A stretch of DNA of 64,000 nt from Hyphochytrium catenoides (lineage: Eukaryota > Protista > Hyphochytriomycota): assembly GCA_900088475.1 (NCBI GenBank), contig FLMG01003035.1, positions 39,868 to 103,867 of the forward strand, read 5' to 3'. The translations under genes and the position numbers were made by a program. Numbering within the stretch: position 1 is the first letter of the stretch; the number at the start of each line of letters is the position of its first letter. The notes under the pieces were generated by a model. It saw only the letters and a program-made list of their open reading frames with translations, ran no database searches and had not been told where the DNA came from. Positions 49,298 through 64,000 of this stretch are shown piece after piece.

Positions 49298-50442
49298 GTT
49301 GTTCGAATGCGTCCGTCTCTTTATGCCTTACTAGTCACACAGTGTCAGTGGTACAGTTGCTCTGTTACCGCAAGGCCACAAGTACAGCGGATAGCTAAGT
49401 GGGCTGCACGAGGGGTCGCTTGTGGCCCCCAATGACTCGCCTGCATGCTATTAGCGTGTATCATAAGTAGCGGTACTGCTGCTGTACACTGCCCGATGCG
49501 AAGGAATAAAGTTTCGGTAAATAGAGGTTCAATGTACGTTACTGAGCACGAATCGCTTGAAGGGCTGCAGGTTCAGCGGTGGGAGGGTGCCAAGATCGTC
49601 AGCTGAATGTGGATTGTAGCCAGGAGTGATAACTGCAAGCGAAGTCACTTTGACCATGGCTGCGTATCTCCGCAGGCGAGATAATGTTGCCAGCCTCTTT
49701 CATCTAGTTTCTTGCTCAAAAAATAAGAGATTAGAAGTAGACTAGCCCTCAGTCGAGGGTTCTGAGCCTGACATTGCTACGAATCGGGGGTTGAAGCCTT
49801 CAGTAGACAAAGCGCGCCTTCATACGACCTTGCTGCACGTGGCTCCTTACTCGTGGCTGGATCTACGATGATCCACGTTCCGCCAATATTCTTCTCTTGT
49901 ATGCAGGAGAGTAAGGAAGTCCTAAATAACCTCTTCTTCGTGTGAAGGGGCATCTCATGGAGGAAGTTGCTCCTGCCAGCCCAAATCGCTCGCCTTGCGG
50001 CCCTGGCAATGCATGGGCCATTTAAAGGAGAGGGACGATACCAGGACGATAATACTGTCAAGTCCTTTGGTTTTGTTCTGCTCTCCTTCCTACTTCCCCT
50101 AAAAATACTGGCATCCTAAATGATTAGCCATACGATTCCATCTACTCGGGAATGTTGTGGCTATCGGTACCGACAATAATAACTAGGTGAACATTGCACA
50201 CCGAGACTCGACATACAAGGAAGGTTTGCTTACAATTCAACAGCGGTCACTTGACCAAATAGAATCCCGGGAAGCGGTCACCTGACACAGATAGGATCCC
50301 GGGAAGCGATGTCAAGGACAAGACAAAGATAGCTCTGAAGCCTGCTATCAGCTAGCCTTGGCGAAGGCTGAGGAAAGAGAAGGGGAAGACTATCCGCGAC
50401 GAGGACTGTCGCAATCAGTCTAAAGTAGTGCAATACGCGGAC

Positions 50443-50856
50443 TCAGGACCAAGGCAATGTAGGAAGTACCCGATCTGCTTCCTTTTTATTTTTCTTCTTG
50501 TCCTCCGCTGCCCTGAAGGTCTTATTACAAGCCATCAAAGCATAGGCCCTTCGTGGGCGCTGCATCGCTCTATTTAAACAAATGAAACCAATCTGCATTT
50601 GGCTTCGCGCTTCTCCGTTAAAATACTTCCTTGCTACCCTTCTGGACTGACCGCTTTCTATATTAAGGAAACTGTTTATGGTGCCACCCAGGAAACTGAG
50701 TTGGGCGAGTACGTTGGAAGGCAAAACCACAACCCCAAGACACTTCTCACCTGCCTCGGTCTCCGTGACGGTTGCTGTTAGATCCTCTTGACAGGTGGCT
50801 CCTGGCCCGGGAGTCCACATCCCAGAGTATGGACCTAACGGAGCTTCTGGAGGCAT
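50443..50856 (-). CDS. Hypothetical 137-aa ORF, possibly the first exon of an orphan gene
   Basis: ATG-initiated, non-repetitive ORF in a 2.4-kb intergenic space; no recognisable motif. Confidence 0.2.
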   Translation of the reverse strand: MPPEAPLGPYSGMWTPGPGATCQEDLTATVTETEAGEKCLGVVVLPSNVLAQLSFLGGTINSFLNIESGQSRRVARKYFNGEARSQMQIGFICLNRAMQRPRRAYALMACNKTFRAAEDKKKNKKEADRVLPTLPWS

Positions 50857-51770
50857 GACGGAGCTTCCTCACGCAGATCTCCGATCCCAGTATCGGACTG
50901 GGAGATCTTTACAGAGCTTGCCATGGATTTTTTGAATGATTGTGATGTTGACTCCGATGTACGCTAACGGACGGACGTCCCTCTCAAATCCTAAATCCCC
51001 ACGATTAAGTTGTAGCTTCTCTTGTAGCAGACCTATCACAATTAGACCCTTCTAGAGTGAGTCTTCCCTATTCCCACGGGAAAGTGAACCTCAGATGGGT
51101 TCTACTTGAAGGTTGAGTTCTGTACAATAATGCGGGCGCCAAACTCCATTTTACCCTAGTCATTGACAGGTTAAGGCAGTAATAATACGGCCACCTCAGG
51201 GGCAGTGCCGTAAACAAAAGGGCAAAGATTCTGCCTGAAAAAGCAGAGGATGAACGGATGTTGAGCGCATCTGCGCAGCCTTTCGAAGCTTCATCGCGCT
51301 GGATGACAGGAACGGAGCCACTGCGAGCCTGCTTTTCAATGGTGCAGATTGCTGACGAAGGTTCGCATTGCGATTAGGTCTGTGGCGATTAGGTGCCTAT
51401 CGGGCAGATAAGTAGGGTCAGCAAGGTAGTAGAAGAGGAGACATCGGGCCTTAGTCTATAACGGTATCTCCCACATAAGATCTTCTCCACGACGCTTGGG
51501 TTTCAAGGCTACTTGCCGCTCGTGGGTGCTCTTTACTGGTCAACACGTGGCTGAGGAGCATTGTAAAGGTATGGGTGAAAGATTGACAGACCTGCTATTC
51601 CTTTTATGCAGATGATAGAATGTTATGCTCTGCTCTAGGTGCATCAGGGTGGCTTAACCCTTTCCTGGTCCGTTCGCCTCTATCCCTGGCAGCGCTGGTG
51701 CCAGCTCCCGCTTGTCCTCGTTCAGACGAAACCTGTCTACCTTCCGTGATAGGACAAAGGGTTCGAAACA

Positions 51771-54565
<2,795 letters not shown>

Positions 54566-55061
54566 AATGCACAGTCAAGCAACATGACAAGCAGAGAATA
54601 ACGACAGATGTTCAGCTGTCTAAGCAGTTCTCTATCGCTTGGCACTGTGTACCATCAGCCCCATAGGCCGTCTTTGACGTCTTCCACACACCTCGATTGA
54701 TAAGACCCTCTACGGCTACTGCCAAGCATTTCTTTCTTTTTGTCACATTAGGGGGACTTCGTCCTCTACTAACATTAGCTACTAAATAATGTCGTTATCT
54801 CACGATATCTTTCCCTCCTACGCACGACGGTTCACCAGGTTATCCATTGGTCTTCAATCCTCGTTGTTGTCGTCTCTGTCTTCCTGCTTTTGGACATGCT
54901 CCTGCCGCCCTTGGGGTTATGACCTTAAAGCTCTCAGCATGTAAGAGAGGTCCATACAAAATCACACTCCGCCTCTCATGCCCCCAGCAACAATCTCCTA
55001 GAGCCATTTATATACAATCCCGGGCCGCAGCGCCACTTCAATAGCTACCACAAGGGCGCTA

Positions 55062-56995
55062 TCACCGCAGGCACTGCAAAGCCGCCTGCAATCTTTCCAC
55101 CGCAAGGTCTGCCTGATTGCTCTGCAAGAAACGAAGTACAAGGTGTAAGACGCCTGTACAAAGATCCATGCCCGTACAAAGATAACCTTCTCCAAAAAAT
55201 CAAAGCCCGCTGCTCTCTAGTCCGTGGTACTACCTGCAAGGCAGCGACCGCGAACTTCGCAAGCTCAAGCGCATCGTCCATTTGGGTCTGACTGCGCAAA
55301 CCTCCACCACCTCCTCCGTAAGCCTGTGCCATTGCAGGCTGTGCAGCAGGCTGAGTCATTCGAGAGACAGCAGGAGCAGGGGGGGGCTGTTGAGGGAGAG
55401 ACGGAGGGAAAGTAGATTGCGACGGTGGCGGAGCTGAGGCCGGCCTAGAGCCATAGAAGGAGTTATTGTTATCCATAGAAGCGCTGGGGTTTGGCACGCC
55501 AGGAGATGGGAAGGAGTGTGTAGATAGGGAGGCCGGAGACGGCGCATAAGCGTTTGAAGGCGGCGCTGGCAGGGTGCTCTGCAGCAGGAGAGAAAGGGGC
55601 AAACAATGAGGAAGTATGTCAGCGTACGGAGACACCTACTGGGAAGAAAGAGAATGGACTCCGGACAGAAATCATGGAAAGACTCTTACAGGACGGAGAC
55701 TTACCCCTATCGCCGAGAGGTCCGCAAATTCCTATTAGCAGCAGCGAATCAGTGCGATGATAGTTAAGAGAGGGCGAGACAGTGGATGTCAAGAATAAAC
55801 GGCAAACGCCATGAGAATGACGAGTCTAGCTAGTCCCAAACTATTGACAAACTTCATCCGTCTCTCACTACCAGCTTATTCGCATTTTCTTGCGTGCCGA
55901 CCCCAATAAAGCTAGACATGCTCTCTCTCTCTTTGTACAATCACTCTCCTACAGCTCTCTCTTTTCCTGTCTAAGCCTGCTGCTTCCATCCTATCCCAAG
56001 CTTTTCAGTCTATATGAGGATCATACCGAAGGTGGAATGCCCATATCCGCCGCCTGCTGTTCTGTGGGGCCTCCAGGGGTTGGAGTTCTCCCTTCCTTTA
56101 TGGCCGCCAAGATGTCCGTCGCCTTGAACTTGCAATAGGTGATCTTCTCTTGTACCTGCCGTCCAGGAGCATTCAGTTATAGGGAACAAGAGTGAGAGGG
56201 AGAGAAAGGGACAGATGAGAGAGGGAGAGAGAGAAAGAGAGTCAGCTCCGACGCGACAGACGGAGACCCCAATAGAGGTAGAGCTGACTCACATCGCTAG
56301 TAAGTTCTCCAAATTGCTTCAACAGTTCAAAAAAGCTCTTTGCGGCATAGAACTTCCTGGCGGTTCCCCTACAAAAAGGCACAGGCGTAAGCGCTTTGTG
56401 GCTACATGTCAGAGCTTCACAGAGGAGCAGGGTATGGGGATTTGGAAGGAGGTAGTCGAGGCTTACTTGTTTGCCATGCCAGCCCTATCTTCATCATCTG
56501 CGTTCTTAAAGACTTCATAGGCAAAATCTGTACAGATCTTCGAGCCCCAATGGGGTCACCCAGTGACGGGACAGGTGCAGGCAAAAGGTATGAGGCCCAT
56601 GAGTAACAAAATCAGCAATGAGAGTTGACCTCAGTAAGGCGATAGCAAGCAAGATAGCAATCCCTACTGGACATCAGTACCTGCGCCTCCCTGCCATCAA
56701 AAGGAGGAAGCGTCTCACGCTCAGCCTCCAGCCTGCTCATCAGATTCAAAAGAAATGATGTCGCCTCTTCTGAGCTATCCATGGAACGCAGAGCTAGTGC
56801 TTGCTCCATAGCAAACTTCCTACAATGATAGGCAACCTAAGGGTAAAGTAAGCTCGAATTGCTTTCAATACATTCCTCCCCTTAGTAAGGACTCACTATC
56901 TTTGTCTCCGGGCGGGACGTGTCTTTGTCAAGCTCCTCTCCTCGGAGTAGATAAGCCTTAATGGGCTTGAACGCCGCAGGGAAGTTGCCCGCCAT
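55062..56995 (-). CDS. VTA1: Vta1/LIP5 (Vps4 cofactor, ESCRT), multi-exon
   Basis: KPIKAYLLRGEELDK, VAYHCRKFAMEQAL, FKNADDEDRAG, TARKFYAAKSFFELLKQFG, YCKFKATDILAAIKEGRTPTPG, Pro-rich linker and VSL domain ALELAKFAVAALQ. Confidence 0.92.
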
Positions 56996-57817
56996 ACTGC
57001 CAGAACCACCGCCAAGATGCTACTTCCCCTATGCTTAACGGACAGTGTAGAGCTGATCTAACCTCCAGAGTTGAGGCGCAGAGCTTGAAGAAGTGAAAGA
57101 GAGGAGTTGACGGTTTCTGCAGCTTGTGACCGTGGTGGCGGAGGAGGGAGCTGTCAGCATCTTCTTGAAGGAGTTGCGGTCTCTTTCTCTGTGAGTTCCT
57201 GGCTCCTGGCTGCTTTTTCTGATGATGAAGTTTCAACAGCAGCAACAGCACAAAGCCCCACAATCAGATCAACACGCAGAATCAATATAAACAGATCAGA
57301 TATCTGGTTATCTGAAACGAGTATCCTCTCTATTGTCCTGGAGAATGTGTGGACAGATTGGGCGTGAAATTTCGGTGGTCATCACAGGCAGACAGAGAAG
57401 GTGGTCAGACAAGACAGAGTATGACAGAGATATAGGGGCAAACGGAGAGAGCGTTTACGTGAGTGTAAAGCTGTAAAGGTTTAAGGCAACCCCAAAAGCG
57501 TCGCGAGACAGAGGAAGAGGGTAGAGAGACAGAGTGAAAGCTCTTGATGGCGGAGCAAGGGATAGGAGTGAAGGGAGGGAAAGGCATCACGTTCAGAAGC
57601 CCAAGCGGCAAGGCAACATCGGCCTAGGAACGAGCCTGGTCATCCGATGACCGATGACAGACAAAGCTTCACAATCTTCAAATATCTCCGGTCGTGAGGC
57701 AGCACCCGATTGGCAGCTGAGTAGCATGGGATATTGACGGCACATAATGGTCTAGATTCGCCCCATAGAGACGAAAGCTTCTCTCCTTGCACAAAGGGGA
57801 GCTGGGTTGGCGAAGAG

Positions 57818-59666
57818 ATGAGTCTCAAGGCGAAGAGAGGCTTCTCACATCGAGAAAGACTCCTCGAACTGGATGCGGAGGAAGACGCTCAGGCTATAGT
57901 TAAAGCAGAGGGTAATTCAGACGAGGATGAGAGCCTACTGGACCCATCAAATATGAAGGCACATTCAAGACCTTCACCAAGCGTAAAGACCACTACCCCT
58001 AAAGCGAGGACTCAACACGCCTCAAAGGAGGATGGAAGTCTGCTGGGCCCTTCAAACCTGACAAAACAGTTGAAACCTTCACCCAGAATGAAATCGGGGG
58101 CAACCTCCAAAGGGAAGACCCAAAACGGCTCGGTGTTTGTAGGGTTAGAGAAAAAAGCTGCCACCACGGCTGCTGCAACTACCTTTCGTTCACCACCAGC
58201 TAAGAAGGCTGAAGGAACCAACGAGCTACGCGGGACAGGGAGTGGTAAAATAATGCTGTCCCCATGGGCAACGCGCTTCTTGCAGAAGGGTCCTGCCACG
58301 AAACAGCTAGAAGAGCCTCCTATCATTCCCCTCAATGACTATATTCTCTCCGATTTTAGCGCTAGAAGCAAGCGCATCGCAATGCGGGAAAGAAGCTCAT
58401 CATCGTCATCCTCTTCTTCTTCTGATGAGGAAGCAAAAGAAGAGGAGAAGCATGATGTTCCCATCAAGAGAGTGGGAGGATTGTCCGAATCAGAAGAGAT
58501 CTCTGTGGGAGCAAGTGAGGGCGAGGACGGCCAAGAAGAGAGCGAAGAGAAAGACCCGACAAAGAGCAAGAAAGGAAAGGCTGGACGAGTCGAACATCGG
58601 TATTTCCGAGAAGTCCTTGGCGTGAAGTGCTACAAGTGCAAGCAGGTTGGGCACATTGCCATGTTCTGTCCAAACGATCGGGTAAGTTACAAAGGCAGGA
58701 CTCGCTCCCTTAGGCACTGAGGAAGAGAGTTGGTATGGGTCGCAAGAGAGGGTAGGACATAGACAATAGGAGCAAGAGAATGCCAAAGGCTACCTTGAAA
58801 GAGAGAGCTGCTCAGGAAAACATCGGGAGTTTATGAAACATGTTATGAGCCGCTGCTATCAGAAGAGGAGACGAGAGTTTAGTTGCTTTGCCTGCCTCTT
58901 ACTTGAACAACCCCCGATGTGTAGGTGAATAAGCCCTGTTACTTATGCGCGAAGCGGGATCATGATGCCGCTCAGTGCCCTGATAGCTTGTGCTTCCGCT
59001 GCTTGGAGCCGGGACACCAAGTCCGCGAATGTCCCAATCAGAGACTCGACAACCTCTTCTGCCGCCTCTGCGGGAGGTCAGACCACTTGTCATCACACTG
59101 CAGGGATAGGAGAGTCAAAGACAGGGTATTCGAAGAGGCAACGGCTAGTGTCCGGTGTATGGCATGTTGGAGATTGGGTCATACCAACTGTGCTCCACTC
59201 CCTGTCCCTAAAGACAATGCTGTTTACTGCTGCAACTGTGGAGGAGAGGGGCATACAAAGCGTAAGTCACAAAAGCTACTCCATCTTACGCATCTAACAT
59301 CTCTCCCCATTTCTAATATTTATTGCAGCCGAGTGTGAGGAGCCGAGCTATGAAGAATCTCTTCTCACATTCGGCCTCAGTATTCCGGGTCCTCGGTCTT
59401 TTCATGAAAACAAGGGCAGGGAGACATACCAGAGAGGACCCCAGAGGCGGGAGATGGAGTTGCCAAGAAGAAGAGGAGACGGGTTTGCAAGAATGGGTGG
59501 AGGTAGACGAGAGGCGCCATCGGACTACCCTCCTCCTCGTGGCCAAGATAGGCAATTTCAGGACCATCACCGGTGGCCAAAGCACAGAGCAGGCGGAGGA
59601 GGACGAGAAAGAGATTATCGGGACAGGGGGCGCACAGAACATGGAAGGCGGTATCGCCCATACTAG
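57818..59666 (+). CDS. Multi zinc-knuckle (CCHC) protein, Air1/2-ZCCHC7-like; 3 exons, start uncertain
   Basis: RYF motif followed by CYKCKQVGHIAMFC, CYLCAKRDHDAAQC, CFRCLEPGHQVREC, CRLCGRSDHLSSHC, CMACWRLGHTNC and CCNCGGEGHTKPEC; Arg/Gly-rich tail. Confidence 0.8.
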
Positions 59667-60239
59667 AGACGGAAAGTCTATCTTCTCAGTTCCTGACGAC
59701 GACTGGCCAATGTCTGCTTTATAAGGATGGCCTCTATTAGCCCCTCTGCCTTCAGCAAGCGGGTGCACCAAGCAATGTACAATCCGATGGCATTGGAACG
59801 GAGAGCTACCGAGCCATTTGTCCACACGGAAGTAGCGGCAAAAATGCAGGCACTCTCTGCTGCGCTCTTTCACTCAAGTACCAGCACACCCGCCCCACAT
59901 AGATGCTCCTGCTAATGGGAGCGAGAAACCGCACTGGGGTTTTCGTTTGTATATAATCCTACCTCTCTCCTCTACCGACCTCTCTCTCTCCTGAAGGTCA
60001 TTCTTTCGAATACTAGTAGTGACCTTATAGATGAGACAAGGAGCCTATGGTGCACTGGTCTCTTCCTCTTGATTAAACAACCATTAGCGAAGACAGCGCT
60101 CACTCCTACACCTAAAGACGAGCCGATAGGTTGTCTGTTCTCTCAATCTTCTTCCAGTTAACCCACTAAGAAAGCCTAGTTTTGCAATGTCTCTCCCCTT
60201 TTGCAGCAGATAGTGTTCCACCTTGTCTCCCTCGCCCCT

Positions 60240-61816
60240 TTAACTCTCAAGAGAAGTGGCACCCGAGATAATCTCAATAAGCTCAGTGGTGATACGCGCC
60301 TGTCTAGCCTTGTTATAGACCAAGGTCAAGCTCTGCACCAGCTCCTGCGCATTCTTTGTCGCATTCTCCATAGCAGACATTCTGGAGCTCTCCTCACTGG
60401 TGGCAGATTCAAGCATAGCACCGAAGATGCCGCTTGCCTACAGCAGGAAGCATTAACAGATAGACCACAGCAGGGCTGAAGAAAAACATGCGTACTGATG
60501 CAGCTCAGCCACTCAATATAGAAGCTGACAGCTATTTCTTACCAGGGAGTACTCATAGAAGTTCTGGAGCACCTCTTCCCTTGAATCAGGCTCAATCTCA
60601 TAGGTCAGGAAGCGCTCAGCCAGTGCGTCCTTTACAGGTTGACCCTCTGGACCAACCTCCTTGTCTCCTCCCCCTGCAAACAGCCACAAAAGTTAAGAAC
60701 AAGGCATGCCAAAAGAGCGACGCAAGGCATTATGTGGGATAAGGCGTCGACTGACGAGAGATTATCAACATTGTACCTGGCGTGGTGATCCTGCGAGTGG
60801 ATGGGACTTGTGCAATGGCAGACTTGAAGACGTTGAAGATGATGTGGATCTGATCAGCCTTGGTTGAGGAGAGAATGACCTCGGCGATGGCAGAAGCCTG
60901 TCGGTAATGAGACGGCAGGGCAAACCGCATTAAGGGAAAAAGGAGGCTGTGAGATGCAAAAACGTCTCGCGTCCAGCCTATGGCCACGCCTACCTGAGCA
61001 AAGTTGGTTGGGACCTTCCACAGATCTACAATGTTGAGGATCGTATCTGGAGAGTTGGTACGGCGGAGCTGGGATCTTCCCTTCTCTCCCAATATTAGAA
61101 GCTAATTGAGACAAAATGCCGCAAACATTAGAGGGAGGAGACAACTAATCTGCAGGGAACTGCCCTGCGGTCATTATTCTATTCTATCGGCCTTACCTTA
61201 GTCTCCTTGTTTTCTTTCTTAAGGTCAGAGATAGTGGCGCGAGTAGCCTTTGACACGAAGGTGTTGACACCACCGCACAGCCCACGGTCAGAAGTCACGG
61301 CGACTACGAGGTTGGACTGAAGTGCTTCATTGGCAAGCGGCCCAGTAGCACCAAAGTCGGTAGGCTTTCCATAAACCTCATCAAGAAAGTTCTACACATA
61401 GACCATCACCCTGTCAGCAAATGGTCGCCCCACGCCTGCAGGTCCAAACTAGATGATCTCATACCGCAAAAGATCTGCCGCTCTTAAGTCTGTTCTCAGC
61501 GCCACGCAGCTTGGCTGCGGAAACCATCTTCATTGACTTGGTGATCTTAGAAATGTTTCTTGTGGAGTTGATACGCATCAGAACTAAGGTAGATCACGAA
61601 GTAATGTCGTCAGTCAATGCCAAGAGAATCCAACATAAGTGGCCCGTAGATGTACTTACTCTGCTTCTCAGTGGCCATACCACGAGAAATAACGCCGATA
61701 GGCCTAAAAGGTAGAGAAAAGGGCAAGATATGATGAGCATTCAGAACCAAATTGAGGGGAAATACGGCATAGGCTTACTTGATGGCCTCGACGGTCCTGT
61801 GAATAGCGCTGTTCAT
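60240..61816 (-). CDS. ATP3: Mitochondrial ATP synthase F1 gamma subunit, 8 exons
   Basis: Presequence then [59 protein letters not shown] and [24 protein letters not shown]. Confidence 0.96.
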
Positions 61817-62099
61817 GGTTCCTATCTCTCCGTGAATAAACCTAAAAAGATATCACTGATGACAGTGATAGAGCCCTGGGCTTCAATGAAGTGCCACGGA
61901 AGAAGAGCGAACAGCAGATTCTAATTGAAGCTTTAGCAGAGATCCGATCTCCGCTAACTCTGTCATTTATTAGCTAGCGCATCGGGCCGCTGGACCGCCA
62001 ATTGCTTGGATAAGTACAGGGCACAGCATGGTAATATCCTAAGGAGCGTCAAACACACACCACGCTACTAGTTAGTTAGGCTTACACTACTATAGGCTG

Positions 62100-64000
62100 C
62101 GCTGACTGTGTGCGTTAGATGAGACCAAGAGAGGTATGATGACCTACTTTTCAAGTATCAATGTCACGTTTTTTGAGGGAAGGTGAGCGAGTACCAGAAG
62201 CCTCTGTGTACAACAAAACTGGATAAAGGGTGCTAACGGCTATCTCTTTAAGGGCCAACCGACACAAGGTCTGTCGCAGTCAGTCAGCTTGCTCCACCCT
62301 GTAGTGACCTTTTCTAAATACCGGATTGTTTATCCCCAATAAGCATGACCTGGGGCCTGGGAAAGCCCAATATCCCATTGAGAAATGAACGTTCCCACTT
62401 CGAAACTGCTAATTCTGAAATGGTACAAAGTGAATAACGCAATATTACGAGTTGATTGAACCAATAACAATGTAAGATGAAGAAATTATGATGATAAATT
62501 GACCCCTGTCTTGCCTTGACCCTAACCGTGGTGGACACTAATTAGTGCTAACTCACTGAAGAGCGTTAACCCTAAGTAATACCTTTCGTCCGACACGTAG
62601 TACGTACTATATCTACCCAAAACTAAATTGACACTATGTAGATATCAAAGAAGATGAGTGCATTAATGACTGACTGACTTCTCTTCTGTCAGCCTACTAC
62701 CTTCGCTTGCCTTTTCGCTATGGTCAGTCATCATCGCACCACCTGAATCTTCCTTGCCTGTCATGAAAGAGCAATGGGAGGTCATGAACAGCCAGATGTA
62801 GTTGTCGAGGGAAGGTCGTCCTCATTATAGCGCTAGCCTGATGAAGAAGAAGAGAACATAGCTATAGAGTGGTGGCGGGCGTATTCCTCTTCTATGTTTG
62901 GCTGGCTTGTGAATAATAAGCTGCATCTCCAGTCACCCCTCGCTCTACTAAGCATCAATATTATGATGTCAGAGCTCGCACGTGGTGGTACCGCCGTTCG
63001 ATTAAAAGTAAACGGACAGGGCAGCAGCAGCGAGCGGCGGTGAGGGAGAGGAGGGGCGGAGGCAGCTCTCAAGTTTACTAGAGCGTGAGCGAGAGGAGGC
63101 TGCGGCACGCTTGTTGCTTCCTTTGGCCATTACTACTTACTAACTCTCTCTTCTTGTGGATATGCAAGGAAACTACGTAGTATACATACTGGCGGTTCGT
63201 CTCTCCCCTCCTTTGTAATATCGCCAGGAGGAGGGATGAAAATACGCGTCTTCCGTTTGACTCGTCTCTAACCTGGCCATTACCTAGGGGTGCTGGCCCA
63301 TCATTATTCTGACTGCTGTGCATTGCCTCCCAAATGCTGTCGTCATGTTTTTTGTGATGTAAGTCTCCAGTGACCATATAATTCTGGACCTGCTGAGAAT
63401 GACACAATAATGCGGGTATTTGTTGAAATGCAGCCTAGACAGCCGCAACGTCGACGTCAGCATTGCGATGATGGTGAAGCCAGGATGACCCAGACAGAAC
63501 TCGTTCATCGACAAGGTCAACTTTCTAACTTAGAGTCGGTCGCCTCTCCTTTGCTCTTTAGCCAGTGCGTTCCTTTTTTTGTTGTATGCACTTTTCGATC
63601 TCGACAAGAAGAAGCGCTCATCAAAAATAGAGAACTCTCTCCTTCTTCCCCTATTATCATCCTTGGCGTCGTCCAACTTCCTCCTGCTGCTTGCCTCACC
63701 TGCTGCGTATCTTGGCCTTCTTGGAAATCTCGAGGAGGCTTCTTCTTCATTCTTCCAAGAAACGTTGGGGAAGTCAAGCGACGGAGGATCTGTCTGCATG
63801 TCGGTCTGTAGCAGCTTCGTTCTGTAGCACCGCGTGCTCTTTGATGATGTGACACCCAGCAGCCTACAACTGTACCCGAGATTAGCCGCCCCAACATTCT
63901 CTCTCATTATGAGTACTTTGTAGGTCAAAAAACATGCCCAAAAGAAGCTATGGCGCTCTCCGAAAATAGTGTTGGACGTTTCGTTTTCGGAGTTTCGCTC
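62100..64000. other. ORF-poor region of unclear nature (intergenic or decayed sequence)
   Basis: Only short, non-recognisable ORFs on both strands. Confidence 0.2.

Noticed and set aside
49909-49918. GAGTAAGGAA resembling the U12 snRNA branch-pairing sequence
   Set aside because: Flanks lack the U12 5' sequence and a recognisable Sm site; likely a chance match.
50264-50308. 13-nt direct repeat ATCCCGGGAAGCG x2
   Set aside because: Two copies only, with no associated element.
57321-57330. GTATCCTCTC upstream of the zinc-knuckle gene
   Set aside because: No U12 branch point downstream and no upstream exon evident.

Overview
Gene-dense, intron-rich eukaryotic nuclear DNA using the standard genetic code. 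It has short GT-AG introns with CTAAC/CTGAC-type branch points and long (GA)n/(CT)n tracts. Gene content (oomycete-style GH72 and TEY MAPK, CEP162) suggests a flagellated stramenopile, possibly near the oomycetes; this is an inference. I assembled 14 protein genes by hand: FOXRED1-like (partial), CEP162-like, GH72 glucanosyltransferase, an intronless cationic amino acid transporter, OSCA/TMEM63, an orphan Cys-rich type I membrane protein, ADF/cofilin, a 2OG-Fe(II) oxygenase, GUF1/LepA, an EEP-family nuclease/phosphatase, SNU13, MAPK, VTA1, an Air1/ZCCHC7-like zinc-knuckle protein and mitochondrial ATP synthase gamma. There is also an assembly gap and two ORF-poor, possibly decayed regions. The clearest unusual signal is a minor-spliceosome (U12-type) AT-AC intron at 52815-53075, just before the MAPK catalytic loop. 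Other points of interest are a bacterial-looking EEP domain fused to an RS-rich tail, an OSCA channel with a long N-terminal ectodomain, and a TM-anchored GH72. No prokaryotic systems, CRISPR arrays, rRNA or tRNA were seen. All protein identifications rest on recalled motifs, not database searches.
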